Assembly: GCA_964452755.1 (NCBI GenBank)
Contig: CAYVQY010000008.1
Coordinates: 34,578-98,577 of the forward strand
DNA: 64,000 bases
Source of the DNA: an uncultured Brevifollis sp.
GTDB taxonomy: Bacteria > Verrucomicrobiota > Verrucomicrobiia > Verrucomicrobiales > Verrucomicrobiaceae
Reading direction: 5' to 3'
Each line of letters opens with the position of its first letter. Positions within the stretch are counted from its first letter, which is position 1. The notes below the pieces were generated by a model, which saw only the letters and a program-made list of their open reading frames with translations, searched no databases and was not told the origin of the DNA. This document shows positions 60,233-64,000 of the stretch, piece by piece. A program made the position numbers and the translations under genes.

Positions 60233-63200
60233 ATGATCACATCACTGCTGCAAGAGGACAAGGTCCTCAAAAAAGTCACCCAAACGCCGAAGGATCAGAA
60301 GCCCCACTTCGAGTGGAGCGCCCTGGCCATGACGTCCGTTGAGGAAACCCTCCCGGCCTCCATCAAGGTCAACGTCGGCGGTGCGGAGCGTGACTTTGAT
60401 GCGGCGGAAATCGCCGATACGGTGGGCAGTGCGCTGACCGACCTCTTTCTGGCGCGTCAGAAGGACGAGGGGGACATCTACAGCGAGCACAACCAGCAGC
60501 TCGTGCAGAAGATTTCGCAGGCCGTGACCAAGGAGATTCACCGCCGCACCGCCCAGCTCGCCGCCGGAAAGGGGGCCGTCGCCACGCTGAACGCCCGGGA
60601 GATCTACCACTGCATCGAGCAGGCGCTCGTCCATCACAACGCCCACGACGTGGCCCGCACCCTCGCCGAAAAGCGCAAGCGCAGCTCCGCGCACGATCCT
60701 TTTTCGGACGCCTCCCCGCAGCCCCTCGTCATGGACACCAAGGTCATCCGCCGCAGCGGCCAGCTCGTCCCCTGGAACCACAACAAGATCGAGATCGCCA
60801 TCCGCAAGGCCTTCCTCTCCCTCGAACTCGATTCCTCGCCCGCCGTGCAGATCGCCGAGGCCGTCAGCCGCGAGATCGCCGGTGAAAACAAGCAGTTCAT
60901 CCACATCGAGGACGTGCAGAACCTCGTCGAGGAGGAGCTCATGAAGCAGGGCTTCTTCAAGGTCGCCCGCGCCTACATCCAGTACCGCGCCCTGCGCAAC
61001 ACCATGCGCGAAGCCGACGAGCAGGAGGCCGCCGAGGCCGCCTCCATCGAAAGCGAGGACCAGCAGGCGCTCATCCTCGTCAAGACCACCGACGGCAATT
61101 CCTTCCTCTGGGACGGCGCCGACCTCAAGAAGCGCATCGACTTCGCCATGCTCGGCCTCGATCTGTGCCTCACCCGCGCCGAGATCGAGATGGAGCTGCG
61201 CCGCTCGCTCAATTCCGACATCACGCTCGACCATCTCAAGCAGACCATCACGCTCAATGCCAAGACGCTGATGCAGAAGGACGCCGACTTCACCAAGTTC
61301 GCCGCCCGCATCCTCCTCAGCTACATCTATGAGGAAGTCCTCGGCTGGGACATCGTCCGCGACGGCATCGACCAGCTCCGCGAGTTCCACCGCCGCGCCT
61401 TCCGCCGCAACCTCGCCCGCGGCATCGAGATCGACCGCTACAACCCCCGCCTCCTCCAGTTCGACCTCGACAAGCTCGCCGACGCGCTCGATCCTGCCGC
61501 CGACATGGACTTCGACTTCCTCGGCGTCCAGACCCTCTACGACCGCTACCTGATCGTCGATAAAAAGGTCAAGCCCGCCAAGCGCCTCGAAACGCCCCAG
61601 CTCTTCTGGATGCGCGTCGCCATGGGCCTCAACGTCGGTGAAAAGGACGGCAACGCCGAGGACAACATCATCGGCATCTACAAGCTCTACAAAGGCCGCC
61701 GCTTCTGCTCTTCCACCCCCACGCTTTTCAACAGCGGCACGCTCCACTCCCAGCTCTCCTCCTGCTACCTCTACAAGGTGGACGACAGCATCGAGTCCAT
61801 CATGATCCGCGGCATCGCCGAAAACGCCTTCCTTTCCAAGTGGGCCGGCGGCCTCGGCGGCTCCTGGACCAGCGTGCGCGGCACCGGCGGTTACATCAAG
61901 GGCACCAACGGTGAATCCCAGGGCGTCATCCCCTTCCTCAAGCTGCACAACGACCAGCTCATCGCCGTGAATCAGGGCGGCAAGCGCCGCGGCTCCGGCT
62001 GCGCCTACCTCGAAGTCTGGCACAACGACATCGAGGACTTCCTCCAGCTCCGCATCAACACCGGCGACGAGCGCCGCCGCACGCACGACCTCAACACCGC
62101 CAACTGGATCCCCGACCTCTTCATGAAGCGCGTCGAGTCCCGCGGCACCTGGACGCTCTTCCGCGCCAACGAAGTCTCCGACCTCCACGACCTCTACGGC
62201 TCCGCCTTTGAAAAGCGCTACTGCGAGTACGAAGCCATCGCCAAAAACGAGCCCGGCAAGATCTTCGCCAAGGAGATCCCCGCCATCGACCTCTGGAAGC
62301 TCATGCTCAAGGCCATCTTCGAGACCGGCCACCCCTGGATCACCTTCAAGGATCCCTGCAACGTCCGCAGCCCGCAGGATCACGTCGGCGTCATCCACAG
62401 CTCGAATCTCTGCACCGAGATCACGCTCAACACCTCCGCCGACGAGACCGCCGTCTGCAACCTCGGTTCCGTCCTCATCGACAACCACCTCGACGACTCG
62501 GGTGCCATCGACCACAGCAAGCTTCGCGAGACCATCCGCATGGCCGTCCGTGCGCTCGACAACGTCATCGACATCAACTTCTACCCCACCGAGGCCGCCA
62601 AGACCTCGAACACACGCCACCGCCCCATCGGCCTCGGCGTCATGGGTCTCCAGTACGCCCTCTATCGGAAGGGCATCCCCTTCGCCTCCAAGGAAGCCGT
62701 CGAGTTCAACGACGAGATGATGGAAGCCATCGCCTACTACGCCTACGAAGCCTCCTCCGACCTCGCCGCCGAGCGCGGTCAGTACTCCAGCTACAAGGGC
62801 AGCAAGTGGGATCGCGGCCTCATGCCGCAGGACACCCTCGACCTCCTCGCCCAGGAGCGCGGTCAGGAAGTCGATGTCCCCCGCGGCGGCAAGATGGACT
62901 GGTCCGCCCTCCGTGCGAAGATCGCCAGGCAGGGCATGCGGAACAGCAACGTCCTCGCCATCGCCCCCACCGCCACCATCTCGAACATCATGGGCTCCAG
63001 CCCCTGCATCGAGCCCCTGCTCAGCAACATGCTCGTGAAGGCCAACCTCTCCGGCGACTTCATGCTCCTCAATCCCTACCTCATCCGCGACCTCAAAAAG
63101 CGCGGTCTGTGGACCGCCGACATCCAGAACAAGCTCAAGTACATGGACGGCGAGATCGAGGCCATCGAAGAGATCCCCGTGGACCTGAAGCGCCGCTACG

Positions 63201-63547
63201 CCACCGCCTTCAGCATCGACTGGGCCTGGCTCGTGGACGCCGCCGCGCGTCGTCAGAAGTGGATCGATCAGAGCCAGAGCGTGAACCTCTTCTTCGGCAG
63301 CACCGAGATGAGCACCCTCAGCCACATGTACCGCGGTGCGTGGCGGAAAGGCCTCAAAACCACCTACTACCTCCGCACCCGCAGCGCCTCCAACATCGAG
63401 AAGAGCACCGCCGAATTCCAAAAGGAAATCAGCAGCGCCGTCATCAACCAGGCCGTCGGCGCCAAGCGCACCTACAGCGCCGAAGAAGCCGCCGCCTGCT
63501 CCATCGAAGCCATGCGCAATGGCGGGACGTGCGAGGCGTGCCAGTGA
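60233..63547 (+). CDS. nrdA: Ribonucleotide reductase large subunit with multiple ATP-cone domains
   Basis: TPTLFNSG..QLSSCY, NQGG.R.G, SSNLCTEI, AIAPTATIS, GLKTTYYLR, C-terminal CEACQ; long N-terminus with cone-like repeats. Confidence 0.95.
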   Translation: MITSLLQEDKVLKKVTQTPKDQKPHFEWSALAMTSVEETLPASIKVNVGGAERDFDAAEIADTVGSALTDLFLARQKDEGDIYSEHNQQLVQKISQAVTKEIHRRTAQLAAGKGAVATLNAREIYHCIEQALVHHNAHDVARTLAEKRKRSSAHDPFSDASPQPLVMDTKVIRRSGQLVPWNHNKIEIAIRKAFLSLELDSSPAVQIAEAVSREIAGENKQFIHIEDVQNLVEEELMKQGFFKVARAYIQYRALRNTMREADEQEAAEAASIESEDQQALILVKTTDGNSFLWDGADLKKRIDFAMLGLDLCLTRAEIEMELRRSLNSDITLDHLKQTITLNAKTLMQKDADFTKFAARILLSYIYEEVLGWDIVRDGIDQLREFHRRAFRRNLARGIEIDRYNPRLLQFDLDKLADALDPAADMDFDFLGVQTLYDRYLIVDKKVKPAKRLETPQLFWMRVAMGLNVGEKDGNAEDNIIGIYKLYKGRRFCSSTPTLFNSGTLHSQLSSCYLYKVDDSIESIMIRGIAENAFLSKWAGGLGGSWTSVRGTGGYIKGTNGESQGVIPFLKLHNDQLIAVNQGGKRRGSGCAYLEVWHNDIEDFLQLRINTGDERRRTHDLNTANWIPDLFMKRVESRGTWTLFRANEVSDLHDLYGSAFEKRYCEYEAIAKNEPGKIFAKEIPAIDLWKLMLKAIFETGHPWITFKDPCNVRSPQDHVGVIHSSNLCTEITLNTSADETAVCNLGSVLIDNHLDDSGAIDHSKLRETIRMAVRALDNVIDINFYPTEAAKTSNTRHRPIGLGVMGLQYALYRKGIPFASKEAVEFNDEMMEAIAYYAYEASSDLAAERGQYSSYKGSKWDRGLMPQDTLDLLAQERGQEVDVPRGGKMDWSALRAKIARQGMRNSNVLAIAPTATISNIMGSSPCIEPLLSNMLVKANLSGDFMLLNPYLIRDLKKRGLWTADIQNKLKYMDGEIEAIEEIPVDLKRRYATAFSIDWAWLVDAAARRQKWIDQSQSVNLFFGSTEMSTLSHMYRGAWRKGLKTTYYLRTRSASNIEKSTAEFQKEISSAVINQAVGAKRTYSAEEAAACSIEAMRNGGTCEACQ

Positions 63548-63571
63548 GGCTCAAAATGGGAAGCTTGATTG

Positions 63572-64000
63572 ATGAAAAACCGATTCTACAGGATCAAAAC
63601 GGGTGAGTTCAGAAAGTTCGCGCGAGCCGCGGCTTCTGAGCAAGCCCCTAGTTTGTTGCCATCACGGTTTTGGCACATCTACATCAAGCTCGACTTCCAA
63701 AAGCAGTATGAGAATGCGGAAACAAAGGCAGACGGGCGTTCATTTGTGGCAAATGTCGCTCGCGCAGCCAGTGTCGCAGAGATTAGTCTACGGCAAGACG
63801 ATGGAATAGTTGTGGAGGTGCAAGGCTCGGTAATCCATTGTCTTCTAAACGATGATGCTGGAGATATCCAGATGCTTCGTCGGCAGTGCCGCGCGATAAA
63901 CAATGCGCTTCATTTTGTTTTTCACGATACAAGTACTGTCGAGGGCTGGAGAATGGCTGCTGATTGGGGGAAGACCCTCCTGGTTAGAGGGCGTGGGATT
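63572..64000 (+). CDS. Partial ORF, possible divergent class III nucleotide cyclase-like protein
   Basis: My translation is open from ATG 63572 to the window end (143 codons): MKNRFYRIK...FWHIYIKLDF...DGIVVEVQGSVIHCLL...GWRMAADWGKTLLVRGRGI. It is lower in GC than nrdA. Confidence 0.6.
   Translation, partial: MKNRFYRIKTGEFRKFARAAASEQAPSLLPSRFWHIYIKLDFQKQYENAETKADGRSFVANVARAASVAEISLRQDDGIVVEVQGSVIHCLLNDDAGDIQMLRRQCRAINNALHFVFHDTSTVEGWRMAADWGKTLLVRGRGI

Noticed and set aside
60242-63421. 1059-aa minus-strand ORF (and 59025..60107)
   Set aside because: Antisense shadows of nrdA and nrdB.
60233-63547. Intein or intron as the reason for the long NrdA
   Set aside because: The extra length is N-terminal and cone-like; no intein termini or homing endonuclease motifs are seen and the catalytic motifs are normally spaced.

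Overview
GC-rich bacterial DNA. The gene content (DUF1552/DUF1592 pairs, many sulfatases, DUF1080 proteins, a WD40 Ser/Thr kinase and a Chlamydia-type ribonucleotide reductase) points to the PVC superphylum, most likely Verrucomicrobiota; this is an inference. From left to right: two tandem DUF1592-DUF1552 pairs, a GDPD, an ABC-F ATPase, a 1500-aa multidomain protein ending in a type-1 copper domain, a sulfatase/carbohydrate-processing cluster, a MacAB-like ABC exporter, a beta-helix protein, a DEAD-box helicase and a frameshifted FAD oxidoreductase. Next is a five-gene redox operon with a candidate sigma54 promoter: a NirB-like flavoprotein/[2Fe-2S]/di-heme-b membrane fusion, an 11-heme cytochrome c, a DUF3365 heme lipoprotein, a cytochrome c5 and a single-domain globin. 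After it come sucAB, a large unknown membrane protein, DUF502, MutT, tRNA-Gly, polysaccharide export genes, a Ser/Thr kinase, an amidase and an NrdR-boxed class Ic-like nrdBA. The window ends in a lower-GC ORF, absent from the ORF track, that resembles a divergent nucleotide cyclase. The best candidate for an undescribed system is the operon at 35.1-40.1 kb. All family assignments come from reading motifs by eye; no searches were run.
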